A stretch of DNA of 64,000 nt from Octopus vulgaris (Eukaryota), in assembly GCA_951406725.2 (NCBI GenBank), contig OX597815.1:73594001-73658000 (forward strand), in the 5' to 3' direction. The position numbers were made by a program, and so were the translations under genes. Under the pieces are notes generated by a model. It ran no database searches and was not told where the DNA came from. It saw only the letters and a list, made by a program, of their open reading frames with translations. Shown here piece after piece: positions 13,335-26,545 of this stretch. How positions within the stretch are numbered: the stretch's first letter is position 1; every line of letters begins with the position of its first letter.

Positions 13335-13743
13335 CCGTAAATCCTCGAGTATAATACGCAGGGGATTTTTAGGGGGCTGTACCTCTGAAAAACCTAAACC
13401 TTGTGTATAATACGTACCCCTTCTCTAACTTGAGTCAAGGAGGTCTATATAACGTGCTTGGTTTGTAAAAAGGTATACGTTAACGTCCTTTATTATTATC
13501 GTATATATAACATAATGCAAACGTGTAACCTTTTGTGCATTTTGTTTGCAGAAAATAAAGAAATAACGTTTAATAAATGTAACTAACTGCAAGTTATGGA
13601 TGACTGAAGGTATTTTCGCAAATAGAGACCCGGACATTGCTTAGAAAATAATTTTCATTTTTAACCTCGTATATAGTACGCACTAGGGATTTTGACCTAT
13701 AAAATTTTGGAAAAAAGTGCGGATTATACTCGAGGATTTACGG
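13335..13743. mobile_element. Tc1/mariner-superfamily (pogo/Tc2-like) MITE
   Basis: TIRs CCGTAAATCCTCGAGTATAATACGCA / TGCGGATTATACTCGAGGATTTACGG followed by TA; internal subterminal repeats GTATA(A/G)TACG. Confidence 0.85.
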
Positions 13744-14031
13744 TATAAGTACGTTATATCAACAACAATAACAAAATAATATAAACAATAGCAACCTGGA
13801 ATAACAAACATTTTTATAAACTACTAATTATAAACAACAACCAGTTAATTATCCTCATTCCTTACCATTAAAGATAAGAATATAAAATTCAGTTAAGTTA
13901 AAATCTTTCTTGTAAACATAAACAAGTGCAAGATCCATTAAAACAAACCTAATTTTGTTCCAATTTATCCTTTAATACAAATTCATAAAATATTTGCTTG
14001 AAACTGCGATCAGGAATGGAGAATCAATATG

Positions 14032-14157
<126 letters not shown>

Positions 14158-14333
14158 CACACACATGTATAATTTCAAACGAACGATAAAACTAAGTGTT
14201 AGAAAAAAAATTCAATTTCTTAAGAAAATTCTCAAGAAAAAATTCAAATTCATAAGAAAACATTAAATATAAACAAGTTCTGATTTTATTTTGCCTTTTA
14301 GCAGGCTAGTTATATATTTTTCATATCACTAAC

Positions 14334-14400
14334 CTGAATATAAATATATATTTTTACTTCTTGCCAACTGTCACTGCGTTTCCACGACAACCACAAATAA
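14334..14400 (-). promoter_or_regulatory. Candidate promoter/first exon of the CEP112-like gene with an RFX X-box-like motif
   Basis: GTTTCCACGACAAC at 14378-14391 fits the X-box palindrome (GTTNCC-N2-RNYAAC); donor CAG|GTTAGT at 14333; extra half-site GTTGCCA at ~14589. Confidence 0.5.
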
Positions 14401-14934
14401 CACGTCAAAGCACCGATTAATGTGTATTTGTTTTTCCTTTACTAACTTAGACACTTTATATTTAGAAACATTTATCCAATTAATGATTTTCTCAAAATAT
14501 ATGGTATCTTCGTATTATTAAATTTTTTCTTTAAATGAAAAATATTTGCTTCAAATCAATCGAAAATATCAAATCTGAAAGAGTGTTTGTTGCCAATGAC
14601 GCTTTTACTTCGGTTTAAAATCCTCCTTTAATTGCAGAGAGTTCCAACTGAGACGCTCTCACCTTATTACCTCCCTTATATTCACTTGCATTTTTTTATT
14701 GCTTTCATTTTAAGACGTTTCCTCTGCCAATTCTCATACCACAAGCATAACCTCTGCGTGGTCGCTCAACTGGCTAGACACAGCAGCTAGATCTCCTCTT
14801 CTTCCGCTCACTCTTCCTGGGAGGGTCGTGTGGGTAGTCTTCAGGCACATCCTTCATAGGTCTCTATCCCCACGACCCTTCTAAATCTCTCTCAAATTAT
14901 AATCCACTATCTTCAAGATATACAAAGGAAACTT

Positions 14935-15091
14935 GGTGCTACTTAAATACAGAGGTCTCGACGCATCTACGTAACCGTAACCTTAAAAACTAACTTTAAC
15001 CCTAACAAACACTAAAACTAACCCTAACGAGTATGCGCTGTAAAAACATCGTTATGTAGATGCATCGGGACCTCTGTATTTAAGTAGAGCC
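14935..15091. mobile_element. MITE with GG..CC termini and 8-bp TSD (Merlin-like)
   Basis: ~40 bp TIRs GGTGCTACTTAAATACAGAGGTCTCGACGCATCTAC / GTAGATGCATCGGGACCTCTGTATTTAAGTAGAGCC; flanks GGAAACTT / GGAAACTA; internal AACCCTAAC repeats. Confidence 0.8.
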
Positions 15092-15891
15092 GGAAACTAA
15101 AGTAGGCACGACAGATTAGCGCCCCACTCTGTTTCTTTATAACTTTCTCTAAAAGAGAAATTTTCTGTTTTTTAAAGAATTTTTCCAGACACCGGCTTTG
15201 TTTCGTTATAACAATGGTTATTTTTAAAAGGAATTTTTACATATTCGTTATTGAAGGTACATTGCGAATATGTTGAAATTTAGAAAAATATTTAATAACT
15301 GAGGGGTTTCTAATTCTTTCCTTCCCAGTGATTTCCGTAATTTTAGCAGCTTTCAGTGCATAATCTACACTCACGAAAATGAATGTCAGCAAGGTGTTTA
15401 GAAATACGCATTCTAAATAGATTTAGAAAACGAAGTCGGGAAGGACCCGAAACTCCTAAAAGAAAAAAAGTAATAGCGTTATCAATATAATCGTAATCTT
15501 CACCCTCGGAAATGTAACTTTCTGGGGAATGGAGATGTTTAAATCAAATTTGTAAAATTTCATTAAACATGTGTTCCTCAGAAACTTGTACAGAAACAAA
15601 CTCGGTGAGGCATCAATCTGCAGTTGTGCTCTTATATTAACGAGACATACACCAGGTCTACTCAATTACACCAGACCTGGGGTTATATAACAACCCACCA
15701 CACATATATGTGGTTATATGTTGAACCACTGAACTCAACACGCTTTTTTTTTAATTGTCTCTCTATTTCCTCTTATTCTTTTCTGTCGAAGAACGTAATC
15801 TCGAAACGCAAAAAACTTTTCCATTTTTCCCCGAGTGTCAAACTAATACACTTGTTTGTTGTTCCTACACCTTTGTTTTTCTATAAATTTG

Positions 15892-16056
<165 letters not shown>

Positions 16057-16108
16057 TCTTCTAAGAGTTATACGTTCTTGTCCATGTTGTATTTTTCTAC
16101 ATACCTTA

Positions 16109-16177
<69 letters not shown>

Positions 16178-16195
16178 TATGTACTTATATATATA

Positions 16196-16574
16196 TATCG
16201 CCCGGTGTTGCTCGGATTTGTAAGGGAAATAACTATATAAGCATTTTTAGAGAGTTATAGCAAAAAAAATGCATTAAAAATGGAAAAAAAATTATGGTAA
16301 ATTTTTTTTAATCGTTGACTCATCGTAGACATTTTTAGAGAGTTACTTCCCTTATATAATAGCGAAAAAATGCATTAAAATGGAAAAAAATGATGGTAAT
16401 TTTTTTTTTAATCGTAGACTCATCGTAGACGCGCGCTAATACCCAGAAGGGCTCGATATGAATCACGACTATAAGATACCCGGTTTTGGTTAAACTGCAC
16501 CGCAAAATGTGGGAGTAGTTAGGAATCTAAATCGTAGGAGACAGACACACAACTTGACTTTTATATATAAAGAT
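16196..16574 (-). mobile_element. Non-autonomous Helitron, copy 1 (terminal CTAG missing)
   Basis: Minus-strand 5' end TCTTTATATATAAAA; 3' hairpin CCGAGCAACACCGGG; closely similar to the adjacent copy. Confidence 0.75.
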
Positions 16575-16594
16575 ATATATATATATATATATAT

Positions 16595-17095
16595 ACTAGC
16601 AGTATCGCCCGGCGTTGCTCGGTTTGTAAGGGAAATAACTATATAAGCATTTTTAGAGAGTTACTTCCCTTATAAATTCGGGCTTTCTTAGCCATTTTTG
16701 TTTTGGTGTCTTCAAGCCATGAAGTCGTTGTTCTAAAAGAACGCTGGTTTCCTTCACAACGCATTACGACGTTGATTTCTTTACACTCCCTTCCCCACAG
16801 CTTCACGAGGGAGGGAAGGGGGAGAAGCAAACAAGTGCAGCTGTGAGCGTGGACGCCAACTCCGCCGCCATCGACACACGATGCATTTTATGCATTAAAA
16901 TGGAATAAAAAATGATGTTAAATTATTTTTAAAATCGTAGACTCATCGTTGACGCGCGCTAATAGTCAGACGGGCTCGATATGAATCACGACTTTGGTAC
17001 CCGAATTTGGTTAAACTGCACCGCAAAATGTGGGAGGAGTTAGGAATCTAAATCGAAGGGGACAGACACTCACACAACTAGAGTTTTATATATAT

Positions 17096-17098
<3 letters not shown>
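16595..17098 (-). mobile_element. Non-autonomous Helitron, copy 2
   Basis: Minus-strand 5' TCTATATATATAAAA; 3' hairpin CCGAGCAACGCCGGG then CTAG|T. Confidence 0.85.
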
Positions 17099-17130
<32 letters not shown>

Positions 17131-17375
17131 CGTTGCTATTGTGCTAAACTGTCGTATGTCCAAATTTGCCCATGCGTTTCTTTCAATATTTATTTTTGCT
17201 TGCAATAGCCAGTTCTTTTGGTCAAACTATCGTATCTCCAGCTGCTTCAGATGCCAAGATATCAAAAATTGTCAAAGTGTAGCACAACGGTTTTGCTATG
17301 GAATGGTGAAACTATTTTTTCTTTTTCTGAAAAAGCAACCGTTTTGGACTTACGACACTTTTGCATAATAGCACG

Positions 17376-17399
<24 letters not shown>

Positions 17400-17409
<10 letters not shown>

Positions 17410-17760
17410 TCTACGCTATCCCTATCCCTGTAACTCAAAACTCTAGACGGCTATTTTGGCTTTGGCATACGGAATCGGAGAGGTGTGGACTGAGTAGCAT
17501 TGAACTTGAATGAGAAGAGTAAGGTAGAAGTTAAGTTACGGAATCTAAATTTGGAAATTTCCAAGCGGTGGGCGGGGCTTGGTGCAAGAGGAAAATATAT
17601 TATGACAGACGCTACATACTTTCGTACGTACATACGCAAATACACAGATACCTACACATACACATACAGACACCAATACGTATACGCACATTTAACTTTT
17701 AAACGTTGAGGAAGGAAAAGAGAGGTGAGTGTGAAGAATACGTCTTCAAGGAGAGAGGAG
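17400..17760 (+). repeat. Dispersed repeat, also present at ~21930-22200; possibly the 5' region of a Helitron
   Basis: Shared GTAGAAGTTAAGTTA...TCTAAATTTGGAAATTTC...GAAAATATATTATGA. Confidence 0.6.
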
Positions 17761-18359
17761 GTTGGTAATTTGACAACATTTGTTCACATGCAGCGTTTCT
17801 TCTGTCCATCACAGAGATACATTCACACTCAGGTACATACATACATACATTCTCTCTCTCTCTCTCTCACACACACACACGTAAAACGTATAAAATCCAA
17901 ATGATAGGTAAGTGATCATTTAAGGATTAAAAAGAAAGAAAAAGGTGTAAGAAATCGATATTCAGTGGTAGGGGATTGGTAAGTTTACATAAGTTGTCGT
18001 TCAGATCGTCAACACACCACCACTCTCTCTCTCTCTCACTCTCTGAGAATCTGCGTAGTTGCTCATCCTGCTGGAAATAACAGCCAAACCTCCCTCAATG
18101 TCACACGCTAACATTCAATAAACGAAAGGACACATTGGATAAGACGGAAAAAATACACACATATATGTACCCTATAAAAGAACTTTCTTTTTCTCTCCCA
18201 CCTCTCTCTCTATTTATCTATCTTTCTATTTGCATTTTAGTCTCTCACTGTACTCCGCCTTCTACCTTTGTTGTTCCTCTCACTCTTTCATCCTGCTTCC
18301 CCCTCTCTCACATTTAGCTATTTGACAAACAACTTTTACCATACATGCATTTACAAGAT

Positions 18360-18720
18360 AGTGTTAATAACGATATTGCAGGGTCAGAGCTAGGAAAACT
18401 TTGTATTTTCTTCCAGTTTTATAGGAAGCCCAAGATACATGCATGAGTCGATACAAAGTGCTATGACTTATATACGTAATTGCAGACATCCTGATCTTTT
18501 CTTCACTTTCACTTGCAGTCCTGCCCTGCAGGTGGACTTTTTTTCTGGATCTTCTCTCAGGAACTGGCAATACATTTGTCACTAAGCTGTTAATTGCCAA
18601 AGTTAACAACAGCTTTGGTTGTTGCTTCCTCAGGTATTGATGAACAGCTCACAATGCTTTCAAATTGCCCTTAAATTTAGCTAACAATAATATACCATCT
18701 TTTTGTTAATGCCCTTTCTG
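18360..18720 (+). mobile_element. Degraded Helitron Rep/Hel coding remnant
   Basis: SFIGSPRYMHESIQSAMTYIRNCRHPDLFFTFTCSP (Rep, cf. GSPRYM..QDAM..PDLFITFTCNP) joined directly to GGLFFLD..GTGNTF..VASSGI..AHNAFKLPL (Pif1 helicase motifs I/Ia). Confidence 0.85.
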
Positions 18721-18906
18721 GCAAAACACATAATGTTGTTTATAAGGAAGTATTGGATTTATTGTAAATAGTTAATAAGAGTAAAAAATAACACAGTTAA
18801 GAGATGAAGTGGTACTGAAAAATAGGAAACCTACAAATGAAATATAAATATATATGTAGTATGGCAAAATAGTATCATATAGGTTGGCAAAACAATGTGT
18901 ATGTAT

Positions 18907-18954
<48 letters not shown>

Positions 18955-18964
18955 GATGTGTTTG

Positions 18965-19350
18965 ACAGAGCACATGGAAGTAGGAGACCCAGAAAGACAT
19001 GGGATGAAGTACTGAAGCTGAACCTTTCAGGTGAGATGACAAAGGATCAAGATATGTAGCATCTGGCCATACTCAAGAAGACCTATACCCTGCAGCAGAA
19101 ATGTTAAGGCCGATCCTGCTGGTGCTGTAAAGCATTTGTGGTGATGCCATGTAAAAACGTTTATGCAGTGCCTCATAAAAACATCTAGCACACTCTGTAA
19201 AGGGGTTGACATTAGAAAGGGCATCCAGCTGTAGAAACCATGCCAAATCAGACTGGTGCCTGGTGCAGCTCTCCAGCTTGTCAGCTCTGGTTAAACTATC
19301 CAACCCATGCCAGCATGGATAACAGATATTAAATGACAATGATGATGATA
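18965..19350 (+). mobile_element. RTE LINE 3' end with (GAT)n tail
   Basis: RRPRKTWDEV remnant, then AGGGCATCCAGCTGTAGAAAC...CAACCCATGCCAGCATGG..TTAAATGA tail. Confidence 0.75.
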
Positions 19351-19769
19351 TATATATATATACAGTAGAAATATGTTACAAAAAGAAAATATAAAATACA
19401 CGTGGAAATGTAAGGGTAAAATATGAAAAATCAACGAAAATGCATATTGCAAATAGAAAAAGACTATTTATGACAGGTAGTGACAAATATATACATTTAG
19501 ATTGACTGAGGTAGTAATACGAGTCATAAAGGTCATTATTATGAGATGATTATAAGATGATAATAAAGTAAGAGAACAAAAGAACCAGTGGTTTATGCGA
19601 GGGCTATTCATATCTTTTAAATTCGTGTACAGTAATGTTAGGAGTGTGCAAATAAAGCTCCTATTTCATTATGCCGGTTACCATCTAATGATACTGACTA
19701 GTAAGTCAGTTTTTGGGGGTTGCATCATGGTTATTCCGATATAATGTAGGATAAATATAATAATAACAA

Positions 19770-20235
19770 TAATTCTAGGATGGAATTTATAAATATCTAA
19801 TACATCACTACACGTGTTTCCACAAATCACATGTTTTTAACATCAGAGTTAGTATCCTTGGGATTAGTACAGTATAGTCTGTATTATCTGTGGGCATCCG
19901 ATCAATCATCATTATTGATTCATTTCATCAGGTGACACTGCATTATTGGATTAATCACAGAAGGATGTTTATCCCTTCTTGCCAATATGAAGGTCAATCT
20001 AGCCATACTGGCCATAGGTAGATTGGCCTTTATACTGGCAAGAGGGGATAAACATCCCACTGTGATTAATCCAATAATGTAGTGTCACCTGATGAAATGA
20101 ATCAATGATGCCCATGGATAATACAGACTATACTGCACTCATTCCAAGGATCCTGATTCTGATGTTAAAATCATGTGATTTGTGGAAACGCATGTAGCAA
20201 TGTATTAAATATTTATAAATCTCATCCTAGAATTA
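19770..20235. mobile_element. Long diverged inverted repeat (arms ~230 bp), Penelope-like pLTR remnant
   Basis: Arms align as reverse complements around ~20005-20015; each carries CTGATGA and GAAAC(A/G)C(G/A)TGTA motifs. Confidence 0.75.
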
Positions 20236-20301
20236 TGGTCATTATATATATATATATATCAATAATATAATTTAAGAGCAAACATTGAATTCAGTTTAAT
20301 G

Positions 20302-20772
20302 AACTTTATATAGCCACGCTTCTACACTTCATTACATATAAATGGTACCATGGCTTTCAAATATCAAAAAGACAAACACCAGATAAAAATCATATAAAAA
20401 AAAATATAAAATACACAGGAATTTTTGAAATGATTCACAAAGATGTGGATTTGTAACCCGATTGGATCCATATCACGCTCCTGCAATTATTATGGACGAC
20501 GACTATATTGACTTTTAAATTTTATATATAATTTTCATAGTTGGGTATAATTTTATTTTTGTATACTTTTCTCTTTAAATTTTTAGTTGATTTACTTACT
20601 GTAATAATCTTTTTTAGATAATTTTTAAGCGATTTTTATGTTTTCTGGGCAGGTCCTGTGTATTTTATATTTTTTTATATGTGATTTTTACCTGGTGTTT
20701 GTCTTTTTAACATTTGAAAGCAATGGTATCATTTATATGTAATGAAGTGTAGAAGCGTGAATATATAAAGTT
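20302..20772. repeat. Inverted repeat, arms ~120 bp with ~230 bp spacer
   Basis: CACGCTTCTACACTTCATTACATATAAATG.TACCAT.GCTTTCAAAT... and its reverse complement at 20654-20772. Confidence 0.85.
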
Positions 20773-21252
20773 TGTTAACCTGGTGTCTCTGGTTCAATAT
20801 CATTTGAGCACTTCTCTCCTGTAGTCCTATATATATATATTCATCTTTTTCAATTGAAAGAAACATAATTTATAATTTACTTTTGTTATATATGTATGCA
20901 TGTGTGTGTGTGTGTTGTGTTATATATTTCTACTATTTTTACCACCTTTCCTTCTCTCTTTCTCTGTCTGTTTGTCTCTGTGTATTAACAACACACATAT
21001 ATGTACATATATATTTACTACTTGAAATATCTGTGACCAGACTAAGATATGATGAGTCAACATCTGCAGTCTTTGAAATTGTGTACTGAAACTGAAAGCT
21101 ACTAATGAATTTCTCAACTTCAGACTGAAAACACCTGGAGTGTCACATCAAAGACTTGTACTGAAAAAGAAAAAAGATCCTCAGTAATTCTTTGCAGGAA
21201 CCATGTTGCTGTAATTGTACAGCTTAGGTATGTCCAGTGCTTTAATATTTCT

Positions 21253-21466
21253 TTACAAAGTATTGGATAAATGTCCTACGTAACTTCCATATCTTTTTCT
21301 GAAAATACCTTCATATTTTTTATATTTTAAACATTGTTTTTTTTCCAAATTGCAAGTGTTTATCATTTTTGTCTCATTCATTTCAAAATATATACCTGGG
21401 GATATTTTTCATTTTCAATATTTTTTTCTCCAAAAGTCCATTCTTTGAAAGCATCAGATCACTGAT
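21253..21466 (-). CDS. Candidate last two coding exons (21466-21396 and 21298-21253) of an unidentified gene
   Basis: TAG|ISDLMLSKNGLLEKKILKMKNIP(R)|GTATAT, 97-nt intron, TTTTCAG|KRYGSYVGHLSNTL*; phases match (2/2). Confidence 0.5.
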
Positions 21467-22350
21467 CTACACAAAAAATAATCTTAGGGTCAGGGATTGG
21501 CATCAGGATTTCAGAGTAGGGTTTAGGATTAGAGACAAGTTGGGGATTAGAATTTTGAGATAAGGCCCTTATATTTTGGATTTAAGGTCAGGGTTTGGTG
21601 GTAGCACTTAGAATGAAATTGGGGGATTGAAAATATTTAAATTTGTGTTACAATGTTTTGCAGAATCATCAAAATCATATATGTTTAAAACAATGAAATC
21701 TGAAAAAGTATTCTTAGAAAATGATTTTTTAAAAATTGTCTTAAACTGTGTTGAACGTTTTTTTTTTTTTTTTCCCCAGAAGATTTATTATAAGTTAAAT
21801 AAATTAATAAAATGCTTTGCAATGTTACCATTTATTCCCTAAGTCTTTAACTTGGGTGACGCCAAGTATTTCAGCTAGTAACTTATAAAACTCTTGACAA
21901 TCAGTTGGTTATTTTCACTGTTGTATAATGGTGTGAGGTATGGGCTGAGTTGCACTAAACTTGAACGAGAGGGGTAAAGTAGAAGTTAAGTTAAAGAGTC
22001 TAAATTTGGAAATTTCAAAACATTGGGCAGGGTTTGATGATAGATGAAAATATATTATGATGGACACTGCATGTATGCATACATACAAAGGTACATGTAT
22101 GTACACACACTCCCAAGTAATTGAGGAAGGGAAAGGGTGGCTATGAAGAATATGTAGCTGTTCAGCACAATGAAATGCACACACACGTCTACTATATGAC
22201 AGTGTATGTGTCTGCATATGTGCGTGCCATGTCTTATAACTGCCTGTGTGTCTACCTCTTTCAGGTCTTTTCTGTTGCTGTCACAGGTTTTGAAATTTTA
22301 AAATTAAGAGAAAATTTTCAAATTTAGCGCACTGATGTAACCTTTCATAT

Positions 22351-22781
22351 TGAATCTGATTTTGTTATTCACTTGTTCTAGAAAAAATTTAGAAAAATGT
22401 TACAAAAGTTTAAAGTTAGATCATTTTTACCCAATCAGAAGTTTAATAAATTTAAATGAATATAGTCATTTGAAATGTTGAAACTGAGAAAATAAAAAGG
22501 AAAAATTCTTGATGAATATTTTATTTTTGCAAAAATTTAAGAAAAAACCCAGTACATTAAATTACAAAAAAAAAGCTACATTATACTACTGTGGTTCAAT
22601 CAATGTAAACAATACATTTTTTGTAGCAAAAATTCAAAAACGAAAGTTAGAGGATTTAGGGTTACAATTAAGGTTTAGGGTTACAATTAGGGTTACAATT
22701 AGGGTTTAAGGTTAGTAACATTTTTAGAGAGCATTTTTCTAAAATTTTTCTGGAACAAATGAATAGCAAAATCAGATTCAG
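22351..22781. repeat. Inverted-repeat element with internal TTAGGG-like repeats, abutting the truncated maT element
   Basis: TGAATCTGATTTTGTTATTCACTTGTTCTAGAAAAAATTTAGAAAAATG vs CATTTTTCTAAAATTTTTCTGGAACAAATGAATAGCAAAATCAGATTCA; TTAGGGTTACAA repeats at ~22655-22715. Confidence 0.65.
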
Positions 22782-23870
22782 CCTGAAGTCTTCGTGTGAA
22801 TGCTTCACATGTGGCATGCAGCTGTACTTGTGGAATCAAAGCCCATTCCTGGCACAGTTTTGCCTTCAGAGCATCGAGCAAAGCATGAGGAGGGTTTGAG
22901 ATCGTCATCTCCAAAATGAACCAAACAGAAAAGTCCAACGGGTCAAGATCAGGGCTTCTTGAGGGTCATACATCCTTGCCTATGAATGATGGAATGTTTT
23001 TCTGAATCCAGTGCTGTGTCTGTTTGGAGCTGTGTGGTGGTGCTGAGTCCTGTTAGAGGCTCCAAGGTTTCGCCTTGAAAGTACTCAGTCACCCATGGAA
23101 GTGGTTCAGCTTCCAGAATGTCACTAATGTATTGCTGGGTGTTCACTTTAATACCTGAGGGCACAAAAACGTGGTGCAACCTTCCAGTGGCTGTCACAGC
23201 CACCAAAACCATAACTGACTGGGAATTTTGATACACTCCATAGTTGGTCATTCTGGTGGTTTACTGTCTGTTTGATGTCAAATTTCTTTCCATCAGTGAA
23301 CAGCAGGCTAGACAGCATGCCTTCAGTAATCAGATGCAGGATAATATGAATTCTTTCCAGTTTCATGGCCTTCTTGCAAGAGCTCATGATGATGGATCAT
23401 CTTGTAGGGGTGGGTCCTGAGATACTCTTTCAGCACTCAATACATCGATGTTCGGCTTATTTTTGCTGTAGCAGCCAGTTTTCTGGTGGAATGATGTGGA
23501 TTTTGCCATATCTTTTCTCTGGTACTTTTAATAAGCTGGGGTCCACATGCTTCCTTTTTGTCCACATTCAGGTCGATCAGCAGTGGAACCAGTCTCTTGA
23601 AATTTCTTTACAATTTTCCAGACTGTTGTTCTGTTAATTTAAAGATTTTTTTGCCATAGCTGTTTTACTTTTGCCTCTTTTGTGGAAGGTTATAATTGCA
23701 TTTTGGTCTACAGTCATTTTCTAATTTATAAATCTGAATTTATTTAGTCTGAAACAAAAAGATGGCACACTAAGCTTTTATAATGATGTATAATTTTCAT
23801 ATCTTATTGCATTTATTGATGGTTATATAAAAGCCCAAAACTTCAGTTGCTTTAATTTCAGGACACCCTG
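22782..23870 (-). mobile_element. Defective maT (DD37D, Bmmar1-like) Tc1/mariner transposon
   Basis: TIR CAGGGTGTCC next to TA at 23870; fragments KKFQETGSTADRP, LFTDGKKFDIKQTVNHQNDQLW, FVPSGIKVNTQQYISDILE, SPDLDPLDFSVW; stops and frameshifts. Confidence 0.85.
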
Positions 23871-24284
23871 TATATGTGTGTGTGTGTGTGTGTATAGATA
23901 TTACTATCATTATCATTGATAAATAATAATAATAGTGATGGTAAGTTAATTTCTTTGCTTCTCCCTCAATTTTTGCAGGCCTGTTATGCTTTCAGTAGAA
24001 TGGTGGTTTATTAAAGTATTTTTTTACTCTTATTTACAGCAATGTGTACCCTCAATTATAATTATTGATTAATTATAAAATATATATATATATATATATT
24101 TTAAAAAATGTGTACATTTAAACACAAGAGAAAACTACCTTTTAACAGGTAATTTTTACATGATAGAAATAGCAGCCAACACGGCCAAAACCACGATTTA
24201 ATAGCAATTTTAGAAGTTAGACCATTGGTAGTGATATTTATAACGAATATTCGCTACCCTATATATGTATATATATATATATAC

Positions 24285-24585
24285 TTTTATTCTTTTACTT
24301 GTTTTATAATTTGATTGGCCATGCTGGAGCACCATCTTGAAGGGTTTTAGGTGAACAAATTGACCCCAGGGCTTATTTTTTAAGCCTAGTACTTATTCTG
24401 TCGGGATCTTTTGCTAAGCCACTAAGTTATGGAGATGTAAACACACCAACACCAGTTGTCAATCAGTGATGGTGGGAGGGACAAACAGGCACAAAGACAC
24501 ACACACACATAGATATATATACAGTGCCATGCAGTGGGACTGAACCTGGAACCATGTGGTTGGGAAGCAAGCTTCTTACCACACA
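24285..24585 (-). mobile_element. OR-like SINE, internally deleted
   Basis: Reverse complement of SINE head and tail. Confidence 0.8.
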
Positions 24586-25899
24586 ATTGATAAAATAAAA
24601 TATTTCATTCATGTGTGATCTATGTTTGTATTCAGATATTGATTTTTTTTTTTAATCTTGATTATCACTAAACAGTTTAATTAAGATTTAAGATTAACAC
24701 TGGGAATAATAAGATGAATGCAAAACTGAAAAATTTTTTTTACTATGTCACAAAGATTCACGTCAAGATTTACAAAGGATTTGACTCCGTTTTGTTTGTT
24801 GTTTAGCTCAGAGTACCCACTTCTGCTCTATATTTCAAATCCAATCTATTTACTATGACTGCATAACGCAATGTGTCAGTTCCTTTTAAAGACAAGAGGT
24901 CACGATCTGAAGGAGATTTTGGCTGTTATTTCTAGCAAGTCTGACGACTGTCTACATGTGCTTTCATTTTTGTTATTAATTAGCTTCATGTCAAACTTGA
25001 TAAAGGTTACGTTTGATTAAAGATGTTCCACTTGAGATCATTCTTTTATTCTTTCATTTAGGCAGCCAATGACAGAACATATACATGGTTGTCTGATCTG
25101 TTAGAAATAATACTGTCGCAAGGGGTTTGCTTTGCTTGAGTTGAGCTGGTCAATAAAGACATATTTTGTTGGTTGTATCGATGGTAGTGGTAGTTGTGAT
25201 GGTGGTGGTGGTGGAGATAAAGATGATGATGATGTTGATAGTAATGAAAATGATAATAACAGTGGTGGCTGCGATGGTGGTAGGGGATGATGATGATCAC
25301 ACACTCTGTGTGAAAAATTGAAGCAAACTTTCAAACATTTAACTGTAATATTTATTGCCAGGCATAAATATATTTGGTGTTGGCGAATTACAATGAATAA
25401 CATTAATAATTATTGACTGAGAGAAAAGGAAATCTACTTTGAAATTACAGAAAGCTATCTGTGTGACATCATGTGATCAGTCCAAAAATACACAAAGTCA
25501 TCTGTGCAAATCTCTGAGGCAATCTGTGGTGTCAGCAGTCTGTTGGCCATCTGCCTGGCAAGACTAGAGGCACGTGAGTCAGTCATCTGCCTTCAACACT
25601 AAGTCAAAGACGAAACACTTGTTATAAGAGACAAGAAGTCAAATTTTAGAACATTCAAGGAAGCCATATCGTGCCACAGTCTTGCACTGATTAATTGATT
25701 TATAGACTGATCATTTGAAACTGTTGGGGTTTGCTCTTGAATCTCTGCTACAATACCAAATCTCCATCAAATTACACCACAGTTTGTTTTTGAATTAAAA
25801 TGCAGTTTACCATTCTAAAAAAGCAAAAGTAAAACTCATTTGAAACTGGAATTGGTGATATATTTAAAGACATGAAAATGATGCAGAGAATGTATGTAA

Positions 25900-26545
25900 G
25901 GTATGGCTGTGTGGTAAGAAGCTTGCTTCCCAACCACATGGTTTCAGGTTTAGGCCCACTGCATAGCACCTTGGGCAAGTGTCTTCTACTATAGCCTTGG
26001 GCTGACCAAAGCCTTGTGAGTGGGTTTGGTAGACAGAAACTGAAAGAAACCTGTTGTGTGTGTAGTGAATGGGAAAAGCTTGGTTTGCAATATTTGCAGT
26101 CATGTATGCTTGTCAAGAGCAGGGCTCATTAGCCACCAACAGAGCCACAAATGCAAAATATAAGTTAGTCTTAGAGCATACAATGTTCCTGAAGGTCAGC
26201 AATGGTCATCCTCGGTCATGAGTGGACAGCCATCATATATATGTATATATATATACACACACACACACATACATACATACATACATACATACATACATAC
26301 ATACATACATACATACATGTATTTATGTGTGTTTGTCTATGTTTGTCCCCCTGCCATCACTTGACAACTGATGCTAGTGTGTTTATGTCCCTGTAACTTA
26401 GCGGTTTGGCGAAAGATACTGATACAATAAGTACTAGGCTTACAAAGAATAAGTCCTGGGGTCGATTTCTTTGATTAAAACCCTTTAAGGTGGTGTTCCA
26501 ACATGGTTGCAATCAAATGAGTGAAAAAAGTAAGAGAATAAATAA
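25900..26545 (+). mobile_element. OR-like SINE interrupted by other sequence and (CATA)n
   Basis: Head at 25900-26055, tail at ~26320-26545. Confidence 0.75.
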
